Positions 38,465-47,773 of a stretch of 64,000 nt of DNA are shown piece by piece. Location: contig CBDCTZ010000005.1 in the NCBI GenBank assembly GCA_965222375.1, positions 352,001-416,000 on the forward strand, in the 5' to 3' direction. Numbering within the stretch: position 1 is the first letter of the stretch; every line of letters begins with the position of its first letter. The notes beneath the pieces were generated by a model. The model did not search any database. It saw nothing but the letters and a program-made list of their open reading frames with translations, and was not told where the DNA came from. A program made the translations under genes and the position numbers. This stretch comes from Polyangiaceae bacterium. GTDB lineage: Bacteria > Myxococcota_A > Polyangia > Polyangiales > Polyangiaceae.

Positions 38465-39385
38465 TCACCGTTGGGCGGCGGCCCAGGCGCGCCAGGTTGA
38501 CTCGCAGCCCTCTCGGTGCGCGGAGCCAGCACACTTCCCGGGCTCTGTGGCTGGGCCGATCACCAGCAGCGTGTCCTTGGTCACAAATGGCAAATCCGCT
38601 CCCCAGACGCGGTTGAGGGCATCCGTGCGCCGGGTCAGACGCTCCTGCTCCTTCTCCCCCACCGCCGCCCGCAAATGTCCCAGGGCGATGCGCCGCACTT
38701 CTTCGTCGTCGGTGATCGCCAGGAATCTTCGCAGGAACCCGATCTGAGCCTCGCGTTGGCCGGCCCGCGAGAACAGATCCGCGGCGACCACGCAGTGGAA
38801 GGGCATGCTGCGATTGTCCCCGATCAGCTCACACGCACGGGCCAGGGTGCGTGCACCCACTACGCGGTATTCGTCCTTCAGCTTCTTGGTCGGCGCTCGC
38901 GCGGGGGCCAGGTAGGCGAAAAACAAGCCGGCATTGGTGTGGAGCTCCCCATCTGTTGGCCGCTCGCGCATGCCACGCTCCAAGATCTGCCGCGCTTTGA
39001 CGAAGTCCTTCCAGCGGGGCTGCTTGGGTTGAAGCGTCAGTAGCGTATCAGCAAAGCGGTAGGGAGCAGCGAACTTCGGATCCAGGTGGTTGATCGTGTC
39101 CAGGTAGTTGCCGACGAATTCGAAACGTCGCTTCTCTTGGAAATGAACGCCGTAGGAAACTAGAACGTTCGCGTACAGCAAGTCCGCCAATGCAGAGCGG
39201 TAGCCCAGGCTCATCACGATAGTCTGTTCCGGGGACGGCAGCGCATACACATCCCCAGCCTTGGCAACCGCGCGATAGCGCTCGCTGAGCAGGGGCCGAA
39301 GCGTCGCCACCCCTAGGGTGGCTGCGCCCATCAGCAAGACCGCGACGAATATCGTTGGAATGGTCGTCCCGCTACTCGACTTCAC
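38465..39385 (-). CDS. Pilin-locus accessory protein (Myxococcus PilG-like)
   Basis: N-terminal TM; ALADLLY...LDPKFAAPY pattern recalled from myxobacterial pilA-adjacent proteins; overlaps the upstream pilin-like gene. Confidence 0.6.
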   Translation of the reverse strand: MKSSSGTTIPTIFVAVLLMGAATLGVATLRPLLSERYRAVAKAGDVYALPSPEQTIVMSLGYRSALADLLYANVLVSYGVHFQEKRRFEFVGNYLDTINHLDPKFAAPYRFADTLLTLQPKQPRWKDFVKARQILERGMRERPTDGELHTNAGLFFAYLAPARAPTKKLKDEYRVVGARTLARACELIGDNRSMPFHCVVAADLFSRAGQREAQIGFLRRFLAITDDEEVRRIALGHLRAAVGEKEQERLTRRTDALNRVWGADLPFVTKDTLLVIGPATEPGKCAGSAHREGCESTWRAWAAAQR

Positions 39386-39857
39386 GGTCGATCTCCAAGG
39401 GGTGAACGCCCGGCTCCTTGCCCGCGACGCTTTGGCCGGATATTTGGAACAACGACAGCAGGCCGTCTCCGTCGAGGTCGCCGTTCGCTCGGGCGGTGAA
39501 CTCAGCTTGCTCGGGTCCGTTCTCGCTCTCGAAGGCGAAGCTATAGGAATGCGGCACGGTGAAGGAAAACTCCAACTCCTGCCACGTGGGATGGCCCCAG
39601 GTGCCCTTGGGGTCGGTGACCCGCTCTCCCTTGGGCACGGTTTCGGGAGTCAGGGGGGCGCTGGCGGGATAGGCCGCCGCCGGAGGCCGGCCTGCCGCAA
39701 GTGCGGTAGCGCGGGTCGCGATTCGATTGAGTCCGTCGATGGGCTCCACCAAACGCGACGCGTGGAGGTTGCGGACGAAAGACGGCAGCGCCGTGGCCAA
39801 CACCGACCCAACGACGGCCACGACCGCAGCGGCTTCAACGGGGCTGAGCGACCGCAT
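39372..39857 (-). CDS. Pilin-like protein with degenerate prepilin site
   Basis: MRS-LSPVE plus hydrophobic helix; C-terminal ANGDLDGDG. Confidence 0.75.
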   Translation of the reverse strand: MRSLSPVEAAAVVAVVGSVLATALPSFVRNLHASRLVEPIDGLNRIATRATALAAGRPPAAAYPASAPLTPETVPKGERVTDPKGTWGHPTWQELEFSFTVPHSYSFAFESENGPEQAEFTARANGDLDGDGLLSLFQISGQSVAGKEPGVHPLEIDREVE

Positions 39858-39938
39858 CTAGTCCCCTTCTACCGCGGCGCCCCGGGGAGTGCCAATCGTC
39901 CCCCATAGCGTCCGATCCCAGGGGCAGGCGCAGGGCAC

Positions 39939-39974
39939 AAAAAGCAAACGCCCTGGACCCGAAAGCCCAGGGCG
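39939..39974 (-). terminator. Intrinsic terminator after the major pilin
   Basis: CGCCCTGGGCT-TTCG-GGTCCAGGGCG stem followed by TTTGCTTTTT. Confidence 0.85.
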
Positions 39975-39995
39975 CAGCTCTTGGGGCAGAGCGGA

Positions 39996-40607
39996 TTACT
40001 CGGTGCCGTTCTCCTCTTCCATGTTCGGGGAGATGAAGAGCTCCACGTTACCGCCCGTATCAGTGATCGTTCCGCGAATGGCGAACCAGGAGAAGACCGC
40101 ACCATCGCCGTTCAGGTCGCCCCGCGCACTTGCAACGAACGACGTGCCCGTGTTGCCAGCGCTAGCTAGGACGGCTCCAACGCCATCATAGTTGTACTGG
40201 AAGTACTGGGCGTCCGCGACGGAGAACTTCAGACAGTTGAATCCCTCGAACGCACCGTTGGGACCCGTCGCCGGCTGACCCGTGGTCCATTCGGCCGGGT
40301 TGGACTGGTACTTGCTACCCTGAACCGCTGCCATGCCGGCAGGGACGGGAGTGCCGTCGAGGCAGAGCCGGTTGGTCACGCCAGTACTGGCGCCGGCCGC
40401 TAGAATCGTGGGGTCCATGCCTTCTCGAGCGTAGGCGCTTGCGGCGTCTTTCGACATCTGTCCGATGCCATTGCGTGCCTCAGCCGTCTTCGAGTTCGCG
40501 ATGTATTTGCGGACGCCGTAGATCGCCAGCGCCGCGAGCACGCCGACAATGGCCACGACGATCATCAATTCCACTAGCGTAAAGCCGCGTTCTTTCGATA
40601 TTTTCAT
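39996..40607 (-). CDS. pilA: Type IV pilin, probable major pilin
   Basis: MKISKERG-FTLVELMIVVAIVGVLAALA; AAGGAG RBS; own terminator. Confidence 0.85.
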   Translation of the reverse strand: MKISKERGFTLVELMIVVAIVGVLAALAIYGVRKYIANSKTAEARNGIGQMSKDAASAYAREGMDPTILAAGASTGVTNRLCLDGTPVPAGMAAVQGSKYQSNPAEWTTGQPATGPNGAFEGFNCLKFSVADAQYFQYNYDGVGAVLASAGNTGTSFVASARGDLNGDGAVFSWFAIRGTITDTGGNVELFISPNMEEENGTE

Positions 40608-40719
40608 AGTGAGTGTCTCCTTCATTGGTTCGGGTGGCTGCTCGCTTCTGTGTAGGAGCGGCGGGACCACCCGAGCCCGCTCGCACCGACGTCTCTCCGG
40701 GGCACCGCCCGGTCGAATA

Positions 40720-41277
40720 TCACTCGAACTCATCCTCCGTATGCACTGCCGAACTGATGCCCTCTCCGCGCAACATCACGAAGTAGGAAAAGGTTCCGTT
40801 TCCGTCTTGGTCCGCAGCCGCCTTGAGAGCGACCCACGGCCCCGTGGTCGGTGTGGTCGAAAAATCCGCCTTGGTGCCGAGCGCAGGAATCGGGTCAGTC
40901 GACGTGCCTGCCACCGCGACATACCCAAACTGGACCGGCTCGAGACTCGCAACGCCCAAGAGTTCCCAGTTCGCGTGATCCACGTGGCCCGGATTCGGCC
41001 ACGCCCACTTTTTGCGCCCTGGCGTGAAGTCGGTCTGCGGGTAGTACGAGTTGACTGCCGAGGATGCCGTCAGATACCGCCCGGTCTCGTCCCGAAATGC
41101 TTCCTGAGTCGCCGAGATCGAGTTCAGCATGTGTAGTGCTTCACTCGTCTTCGCCGTGTAGAGGTACTTGCGCACGCCGAACACGGCGAGGGTCACCAGC
41201 ACGCCAGCGATCACCACGACGACCATCAGCTCTACGAGCGTGAAGGCGCGGCTTCGGTTGCGAGATGCGGGAGACAT
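40720..41277 (-). CDS. Type IV pilin paralog
   Basis: RSRA-FTLVELMVVVVIAG; C-terminal AADQDGNG. Confidence 0.9.
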   Translation of the reverse strand: MSPASRNRSRAFTLVELMVVVVIAGVLVTLAVFGVRKYLYTAKTSEALHMLNSISATQEAFRDETGRYLTASSAVNSYYPQTDFTPGRKKWAWPNPGHVDHANWELLGVASLEPVQFGYVAVAGTSTDPIPALGTKADFSTTPTTGPWVALKAAADQDGNGTFSYFVMLRGEGISSAVHTEDEFE

Positions 41278-41290
41278 CCCAAACGGAAAA

Positions 41291-41307
41291 AGCACCATCC
41301 ATGCCAA
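41291..41307 (-). promoter_or_regulatory. Sigma54 (-24/-12) promoter
   Basis: TTGGCATGGATGGTGCT = GG-N10-GC, just upstream of the pilin ATG at 41277. Confidence 0.8.
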
Positions 41308-41413
41308 GAGCCCAGAGCGGCGGGCCGGGCCGCGATCCGCTTTGAGGGGCGCGTCTCGCGCTTCTCATTCGGCCTTCCGGCGCAGGTCCAGCGAAGGCAG
41401 AATCCGAGCGCCG

Positions 41414-41430
41414 GTGACAATTTTTGTCAC
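41414..41430. promoter_or_regulatory. Palindromic enhancer, candidate PilR site
   Basis: GTGACAA-TTT-TTGTCAC about 110-120 bp upstream of the sigma54 promoter; adjacent half-site GAGACAA. Confidence 0.65.
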
Positions 41431-41746
41431 TCGAGACAAAAGCGGTGACGAAACGCGAAGGGTTTCGGCAGGTTCGGCGACAGAGACCTACACCGGCACC
41501 AGAGGCGTACGTAGGTGGCTGGAAAGGCGCGTCTTGGTTTGGGTCGCATCCGTGGGTCAGAACGGCGCTCTAGTCCCGCCCTTGAGCAGCTGCATCGCCC
41601 ACGAAGAGGTCACCCGCTTCGTGTCGTGGGACAAGGAAGCGCGCTGTGTTGCGGCAGCGCTAGAATAGCGCCGCTGGGACGCACCAACGCTCGACCCCCA
41701 AGAACGATTGGCAAGGGTACTCTGTTCCGCTGGTACGCGCTGCGAG

Positions 41747-42319
41747 CTACTCGCCTTCGTTCTCGCGATAGACTTCCCCGCTGAAACTGGTTGCGACGTA
41801 GTACGCGAAGCTGCCGTCCGCGTCGGTGTCGCCTTTGGCCTGGATCACGTACCAGGGTTCCAGAACCTGAGCCGGCGCCGGAAAAACGGGCTGCCCAGCG
41901 CTGCTCGGGGCCACGACGTTCGTGAACGGGGCTCCTGCTCTTACGGTGTATCCGAACTGAACGGGTCCCGAAACCGTCGGAGCTAGCAGACGCCACCTCT
42001 GGTAATCCGCGCCCGCGGGTTGATCCCAGTGGTAGAGGGTCTTGCCCGGAGCCGCCATGGGATAGGTGGAATCCATGGTCGTGGACACGTCCAGATAGCC
42101 GTGGTGCTCCGCGCGCCAGCGCTCCTGAGCGGCGCGGATGCTCTGCACCATCGCCAGCGCTTCGCCGCTCCTGGATGAGAAGATGTGTTTGCGGAAAATC
42201 GTGATACCAACGGCGGCCAAAACGCCCACGATGACGATGACCACCATCAGCTCGACCAAAGAAAACGCCCGACTAGCAGGGCGGGTTGGGTGCAGGAGCT
42301 TGGGGAGTCGACAGCGCAT
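41747..42319 (-). CDS. Type IV pilin paralog
   Basis: SRA-FSLVELMVVIVIVGVLAAVG; C-terminal KGDTDADG. Confidence 0.9.
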   Translation of the reverse strand: MRCRLPKLLHPTRPASRAFSLVELMVVIVIVGVLAAVGITIFRKHIFSSRSGEALAMVQSIRAAQERWRAEHHGYLDVSTTMDSTYPMAAPGKTLYHWDQPAGADYQRWRLLAPTVSGPVQFGYTVRAGAPFTNVVAPSSAGQPVFPAPAQVLEPWYVIQAKGDTDADGSFAYYVATSFSGEVYRENEGE

Positions 42320-42345
42320 CAGGGATCCGTCCGGGCCGAAAGAGG

Positions 42346-42362
42346 TGCACGAGCCATACCAA
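42346..42362 (-). promoter_or_regulatory. Second sigma54 promoter
   Basis: TTGGTATGGCTCGTGCA = GG-N10-GC, between the pilR stop and the pilin start. Confidence 0.7.
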
Positions 42363-42394
42363 CTCTAGCGCATCGGAACGTCGGCGGCTCATTT

Positions 42395-43831
42395 TCAGTC
42401 AGGCAGCGGCTCCGGGACCTCGGTGGAATCCTCCGCGTCGTCCCCGCCCAGACCGTGCTTGGACAGGCGATAGCGCAGGGATCGAAAGCTGATCCCGAGC
42501 AGCTTGGCCGCCGCCTTTCGTACCCCCCCGACGCGCTCCAAGGCCTCGAGCAACAGCCGGCGCTCGGCCTCCGCGAGTACGTCGTCCAGGTCGATGCCGC
42601 TCTGGGGCAGCGAGATCAGCGCCGGAGCTGGCGCACCTGCCATTCCGCTGACCTCCTCGGGCAAATCTCCCAAGCCGATGGCCCGGGCGCCCGCCAGAGC
42701 CACCGCTCGCTCCACGATGTTCTCGAGCTCTCGAACGTTCCCTGGGAACGCGTGACGTTCGAGCGCTCGCAACGCGTCTGCAGTGAAACCGCTCACGTCC
42801 TTACCCATCTCGGACGCGAAACGCCTAATGAAACCATCAGCCAGCAGTGCGATGTCTTCCCGACGCTCGCGCAAGGGTGGCAGAGCAACCCGGATCACGT
42901 TCAACCGGTAGTAGAGATCTTGACGGAATGCGCCGGCGGCGACATCGGCTTCAATATCTCGATTGGTCGCAGCGATAACCCGCACGTCGACTGGAACCTC
43001 TTGTGTCGCCCCTACCGCGCGCACCGACTTCTCTTGCAGCACACGCAAGAGCTTCACCTGCAAGCTGGCGGGCAGTTCGCCAATTTCGTCCAACAACAAC
43101 GTTCCCTCGTTGGCATCTCGAAACAGCCCGACGCTCTTGGTTTGCGCGCCCGTGAACGCCCCCTTTTCGTGACCGAAGAGTTCGCTCTCCATCAACGCTT
43201 CCGGTAGGGCGCCGCAGTTGACTACCCGAAAAGGCCCGGCCGGCCGATCGGATTGTTCGTGAATGGCGCGGGCGATTCGTTCTTTGCCTGTGCCGCTCTC
43301 ACCCGTGATCAGCACCGTCGTGCGCGTCGACGCAATGCGCGCCACCAGCTCCATCACCCGCTTCATCGGAGCACTGCGGCCCACCACGGACTTGGACAGC
43401 GGCGCCACCTTCGCGCGGAGCTGAGCGTTTTCCGTCGCGAGGTCGTGCTTTTCGAACGCCTTCTCGACCAGAGCGGCCAGCTCCGGCGGCTCGAAGGGCT
43501 TCGTCACGAAGTCATAGGCGCCGGAGCGCATCGCTTCGATGGCATTTTGCACGCTCGAATGTGCCGTGATCAGGACGACCTGGGTGGATGCACTTCGGCG
43601 CTTGGCTTCCGAAAGCACGTCCAAGCCAGACCCGTCCGGCATGGAGAGGTCCGTGAGAACGACGGGGAACGGGTGCGGGCTCGTATTCAGCGCCTCCGCC
43701 GCTGCCTGATAACCCGGTGCTGCCACCACGGAATACCCCTCCCGTCGGAACAGGATTTCCAACATCTTTCGGATCCCGGGCTCGTCATCGACCACCAGCA
43801 GTTTTCGCGGGGGGACGACCAGAGAGTGCAT
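42395..43831 (-). CDS. pilR: Sigma54-dependent response regulator (PilR-like)
   Basis: Receiver (VVDDE, TDLSMP), GESGTGKE, GAFTGA, Fis-type HTH ending FRSLRYRL; directly upstream of the pilins. Confidence 0.8.
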   Translation of the reverse strand: MHSLVVPPRKLLVVDDEPGIRKMLEILFRREGYSVVAAPGYQAAAEALNTSPHPFPVVLTDLSMPDGSGLDVLSEAKRRSASTQVVLITAHSSVQNAIEAMRSGAYDFVTKPFEPPELAALVEKAFEKHDLATENAQLRAKVAPLSKSVVGRSAPMKRVMELVARIASTRTTVLITGESGTGKERIARAIHEQSDRPAGPFRVVNCGALPEALMESELFGHEKGAFTGAQTKSVGLFRDANEGTLLLDEIGELPASLQVKLLRVLQEKSVRAVGATQEVPVDVRVIAATNRDIEADVAAGAFRQDLYYRLNVIRVALPPLRERREDIALLADGFIRRFASEMGKDVSGFTADALRALERHAFPGNVRELENIVERAVALAGARAIGLGDLPEEVSGMAGAPAPALISLPQSGIDLDDVLAEAERRLLLEALERVGGVRKAAAKLLGISFRSLRYRLSKHGLGGDDAEDSTEVPEPLPD

Positions 43832-43959
43832 GACCCGTCGATTCTTACCACGCTACGCGGCCAGTCGGACCGCCTCGAGCGGTGCAAAAAAGGCCAACCC
43901 TTGCCTTCTGACCGGAACGCCATCAATCTTTAGGGACAGTAGCTTACGACCCTATCTTC

Positions 43960-45585
43960 ATGCTTTATCGTCCAACTACTTGGATCGTCGCGTCCATGCT
44001 GCTCAGCCTGGGGACCTGGGGCTGTGGAGCTGATAGCCCCGCTGCCGCTGGTGTCGGTGGGCAGGGGGGTGCCGGGGGCACCGGCGGTTCCGCACTACCC
44101 GCCACGCTGAGCTTCGACGCGTCCACGGCGCTACTGCTCAAGCCAGGTGAAACTCGCACGGCCACGGTCATCGCGACGCCACCCCAGCGCTACCAGGTTC
44201 GTCTGGCGCTGCAGGGAGATTTTCGGGACGGATCCCTGAGCAAGAGCGAGGTGTTCACCGCTGATGACGGCCGCGCCAGTTTCGACGTTCTCGCCCCCAG
44301 CGCATCAACGGCGTTCTCCGTTCGAGCGTCCGTAGGCGACGAAGTCTTCTCCAAGCTCGGCGTCTCTGTCAGTGCAGACGGCTTTGCCACCTTGAAAGTC
44401 GATCCGAGCTACGGCGGAAAGCGGCCGGTGAGTTCTTGGGTTGCCAGCGTTCGCACGGGCACCACCTGTGGAGAGCTCTTGGGCAACCCTCCCGAAGACG
44501 GCGATCTGGTTGGCAGCGCGAGCATGGATCAGTCGCCCGTGATCTCCTTCGTACCGGTGGGGCCCGCCCTGGCAGTCACCCTCCGCGCGGGGAAGTACCT
44601 CAGCGGCTGCAAAGACGTCGCTGACCTCGTGGCAGGCGAAGAAACCGAGGTCACCGTTGCGGTCACGGATGTGCCCGTCAAAGTCGATGAGACGGACTTG
44701 TTCGTTTCCCTGACTCTGGGTGAACCCAATACTCCGTGGACAAAGCTGTTCGCGACGACCCTGACTGCGGTTCAAGACACCGTCGTGCTGAACTCCAAGG
44801 ACGACGTCGAAGCGCTGATCAGCGTCATGCAGACGTCGCTCCAGCCGGCAGACGCCAAAGCCTTTTCGACTCTTCGTAGTTCCGAAGCCTGGGACGATGC
44901 CGTGCGTGCCAAGCTCGGGGCAAATGCAGGCAAGGCCTTGCGCAGCCGCTTGAGCAGCTGGATGAACGAGGGCGTCAAGGGCCTCAGCGGCGGCATCATC
45001 AGCGGTCGCTTGGTCTCTGCCGGGCCAAGCGCATCCGGGCAGGCCTTCGTGGAACTGCAATCCGTGGCGGGAATGCCCGCAACCGTCGCGGGGATGCCGG
45101 ACCAAGCGCTGGCTTCCTGGAGCGCAGACCCGGGCGACACGGTACTGCTTGGCACGAGTCTGTTCGTGCTGCCGTCACGGCTGACCGGTGCCGTCGCCCT
45201 CAGCGCGGCCCAGGCCTCCGTGCCGGGGGCAAAGAGCGTCGACGTAGCGCTCGCATCCGCTCTGCCCTGCACCGACGTGGCCCAGGTCATCGCCGAGACT
45301 GGCAAGGACCCGGTGTTCGCCCATGCCGGCTGCGATGCGCTGTGTGTCCGTAGTCTCTGCGAAAGTGCAGTCAGCACGATCTGGACGACTGCCCGAGATG
45401 CTTCCGCCTCTACAGTGCCGGAGATTGGCTCTCTGGTGATCAGCGCGACGGGGACCGCACTGGTGGACGACAACGCACGCCCCGCGAGCTTCAACGGAAA
45501 CTGGGTCGGCAACTTCAACGTGGGCGAGACGACCACGAGCGTGGGTGGGCCCATCACAGGTTCCAAGCCACTGCCACCTCGCTAG
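43960..45585 (+). CDS. Hypothetical lipoprotein
   Basis: Lipobox TWGC, Gly linker, beta-rich body, paired Cys. Confidence 0.75.
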   Translation: MLYRPTTWIVASMLLSLGTWGCGADSPAAAGVGGQGGAGGTGGSALPATLSFDASTALLLKPGETRTATVIATPPQRYQVRLALQGDFRDGSLSKSEVFTADDGRASFDVLAPSASTAFSVRASVGDEVFSKLGVSVSADGFATLKVDPSYGGKRPVSSWVASVRTGTTCGELLGNPPEDGDLVGSASMDQSPVISFVPVGPALAVTLRAGKYLSGCKDVADLVAGEETEVTVAVTDVPVKVDETDLFVSLTLGEPNTPWTKLFATTLTAVQDTVVLNSKDDVEALISVMQTSLQPADAKAFSTLRSSEAWDDAVRAKLGANAGKALRSRLSSWMNEGVKGLSGGIISGRLVSAGPSASGQAFVELQSVAGMPATVAGMPDQALASWSADPGDTVLLGTSLFVLPSRLTGAVALSAAQASVPGAKSVDVALASALPCTDVAQVIAETGKDPVFAHAGCDALCVRSLCESAVSTIWTTARDASASTVPEIGSLVISATGTALVDDNARPASFNGNWVGNFNVGETTTSVGGPITGSKPLPPR

Positions 45586-45601
45586 GTACACTGCCACCGG
45601 A

Positions 45602-46888
45602 CTAGCGCAGGCACTCGCGTCGAGCAGCCCAGATCTCGAGTACGAAGGCGTACGCCCTCAGGGCGTCTTCGGTGGCCACGGCTCGCGTCCGCGCATCTCG
45701 CACCAAGCTTCGGAATGCCACGTAGCGTCGTCCAGGCACCCCAAGCAGGAGCACGATGAGCGCGGGATCCCGCGGTGCGTCCGCGGCCCCGGACAGAGGA
45801 GTGGCGGCGGCAGCTAGCATTCGTGCAACTAGCCGGTCCATCGACAGCAAGGCGGCCGGAGCGTCGCCGCTCGCGAGCGCTTTTTCGACTTCGAGCACCG
45901 CCGCGCGTTCAGCGGACGCGAACAGCGGCGCGAAACTCATGTTCGACGCGCCCTCGAGGGGGGCGATAAGGGAAACGTCGGGGACTGGCTCACTGACCGC
46001 GGGCACTCGGCTCGACGGGACGCTGGGCCAGGTGGAGCGGTGAATCGGTTCCTGGGGCGGCGGGCGCGTCGCCGGTCGGGGGGCGCTGGAGGCTGGCGGG
46101 GGTTCGCTGGATTCCGTTGGCGACGGGCTTGACCCATAGGGTGAGGCCGCAGGCTCATCGGCTGCGGCCTCGACTGCCGGGGACTCAGTTGCCACTGCGT
46201 GCAGCGCGACAGGGCCGGGCGCTGGCGCGGCTGACTGCAACACCTCCGCGAGCCCGCCTTCCGCTAGAACAAAACCTGGCGCTTCGCTCCCCTTCCCCGG
46301 GGGCAAGCGGCGCTCGAGTTCGCTCAAGACCAGGCGCGTTACCGCATCCAGCGCCTCGTACACGCCCTGCCCTTCGGTCGCGGTGGATTCGAAGCTCTGC
46401 ACCCTCATGGCATTGAGACGCCGCTCCAGCTCCGAAACCGCCAGGACGCCGGGAAGGTCTCGCTTGTTGTACTGCAGCACCCAAGGCACATCCTCGAGAC
46501 CGCGGCCATGCTCCCGCAGATTGTCCCGGAGGTTATCCAGACTTTCCAGGTTGGCATCCAGCCGGTCGGCCTGGGAGTCCGCTACCATCACGACGCCATC
46601 AGCTCCGGTCAGCACGAGCTTGCGAGTAGCATTGTAGTAAACTTGCCCCGGCACCGTGAACAGCTGAAGGCGCACACTCATCCCGCGAAGATCTGGCAGC
46701 CGTACCGGTAGGAAATCGAAGTACAGGGTGCGATCGACAGGCGTTGCCAAGCTGACCAGACGCCCGCGATGTTCAGGTCGCGCCGTGCGGTGTACATGCT
46801 GCAGACTCGTGGTTTTCCCACCAAGCCCGGGCCCGTAGTACACGATCTTGAACACGAGTTCCCGAGCAAGCGGGTTGACGACGGGCAT
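45602..46888 (-). CDS. MglA-like small GTPase with long C-terminal extension
   Basis: KIVYYGPGLGGKTT, DRTLYFDF, TVPGQ, NKRD; then Pro-rich linker and helical domain. Confidence 0.9.
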   Translation of the reverse strand: MPVVNPLARELVFKIVYYGPGLGGKTTSLQHVHRTARPEHRGRLVSLATPVDRTLYFDFLPVRLPDLRGMSVRLQLFTVPGQVYYNATRKLVLTGADGVVMVADSQADRLDANLESLDNLRDNLREHGRGLEDVPWVLQYNKRDLPGVLAVSELERRLNAMRVQSFESTATEGQGVYEALDAVTRLVLSELERRLPPGKGSEAPGFVLAEGGLAEVLQSAAPAPGPVALHAVATESPAVEAAADEPAASPYGSSPSPTESSEPPPASSAPRPATRPPPQEPIHRSTWPSVPSSRVPAVSEPVPDVSLIAPLEGASNMSFAPLFASAERAAVLEVEKALASGDAPAALLSMDRLVARMLAAAATPLSGAADAPRDPALIVLLLGVPGRRYVAFRSLVRDARTRAVATEDALRAYAFVLEIWAARRECLR

Positions 46889-46933
46889 CCCTAACGGAGT
46901 TTAACCCGTTCCGACGCTCAAGTGCGCGGCCGG

Positions 46934-47773
46934 TCAATCTTCGCCTCGAGCGAGTTCGATGCGCCGCAATTCCTGCCAGGCTGGGGAGCGATGGGACGCC
47001 GCAATGCTGCCGAGTGACGCGAGCAAGACGACGCCCGCCACGACCGAAAACAGCCGGCTCCGCCGCCAGGGGCGATTCTCTCGGTAGAACAAAACCCCCA
47101 GAGGCACCCCAGCAAAGAAGCCACCTGCATGAGCGGCGTTGTTGACGGGCAGCGCGAAGGCGAAAATGGCAGCGTAGATCACGACTCGCGTCAGGAACTG
47201 CTTCCAGGCGGGATCCTTCGCGGCATATAGGTAGCCGACCAGGCAGCCAATGAGGCCGAACAGGCCAGCGCTTGCGCCAGCCGTAAACGCGGGCTGGCCA
47301 CGAAACGCGTACCAAAGGTCGCTCGCGACGAAACCCGCGATGCTCGTACCAATGAAGATGAGAGCAAAGCGGCCCGAGCCCAGGCGAGCCTCCGTCACTC
47401 GACCGAGATCCCAGAGCGCCATCATGTTGAAACCTACGTGCAACATGCCGAAGTGAACGAACGTCGCGGACAGGTATCTCCAGGGTTCTTCTCTGCCCAA
47501 AGGCGTGAACAGCGCGCCCCATTTGAGGGCTTCGCTCGGACGCGCACCGCCAAGAATCTCCAACTTGCCTGATGCGATGGCCATGATCACGAAGATGATG
47601 ACGCATACACCCACGTACAATTTGGTGAGCGGCGCTTCGCCGCCCAAAGCAGACAACCATGCATCCTGGACCGCAGAGGCTACGGCGCCGGGCAATGGCT
47701 CGCGACAGCGGGCGCACTGTTTCTCGTCGGCCGAATTCAGCGCTCCACAATGTGGGCAAACACGACTTGCCAT
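46934..47773 (-). CDS. Rhomboid intramembrane serine protease with N-terminal zinc ribbon
   Basis: CPHC...CARC; WR, HFG..H...NM, GASAG, NAAHAGG. Confidence 0.92.
   Translation of the reverse strand: MASRVCPHCGALNSADEKQCARCREPLPGAVASAVQDAWLSALGGEAPLTKLYVGVCVIIFVIMAIASGKLEILGGARPSEALKWGALFTPLGREEPWRYLSATFVHFGMLHVGFNMMALWDLGRVTEARLGSGRFALIFIGTSIAGFVASDLWYAFRGQPAFTAGASAGLFGLIGCLVGYLYAAKDPAWKQFLTRVVIYAAIFAFALPVNNAAHAGGFFAGVPLGVLFYRENRPWRRSRLFSVVAGVVLLASLGSIAASHRSPAWQELRRIELARGED

Noticed and set aside
39878..39896. Third sigma54 promoter TTGGCACTCCCCGGGGC before the degenerate pilin
   Set aside because: Spacing is GG-N11-GC, not the required N10.
40608..40719. c-di-GMP riboswitch in the pilA leader
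   Set aside because: No GEMM-type conserved elements recognised; only a plain hairpin.
39996..42319. Electrically conductive pili, suggested by aromatic-rich pilins
   Set aside because: Aromatic content alone is weak evidence, these are long pilins, and no cytochrome genes are in the window.
46934..47773. Rhomboid as the sorting enzyme for the MYXO-CTERM protein
   Set aside because: Rhombosortases act on GlyGly-CTERM; there is no linkage or sequence evidence for that role here.
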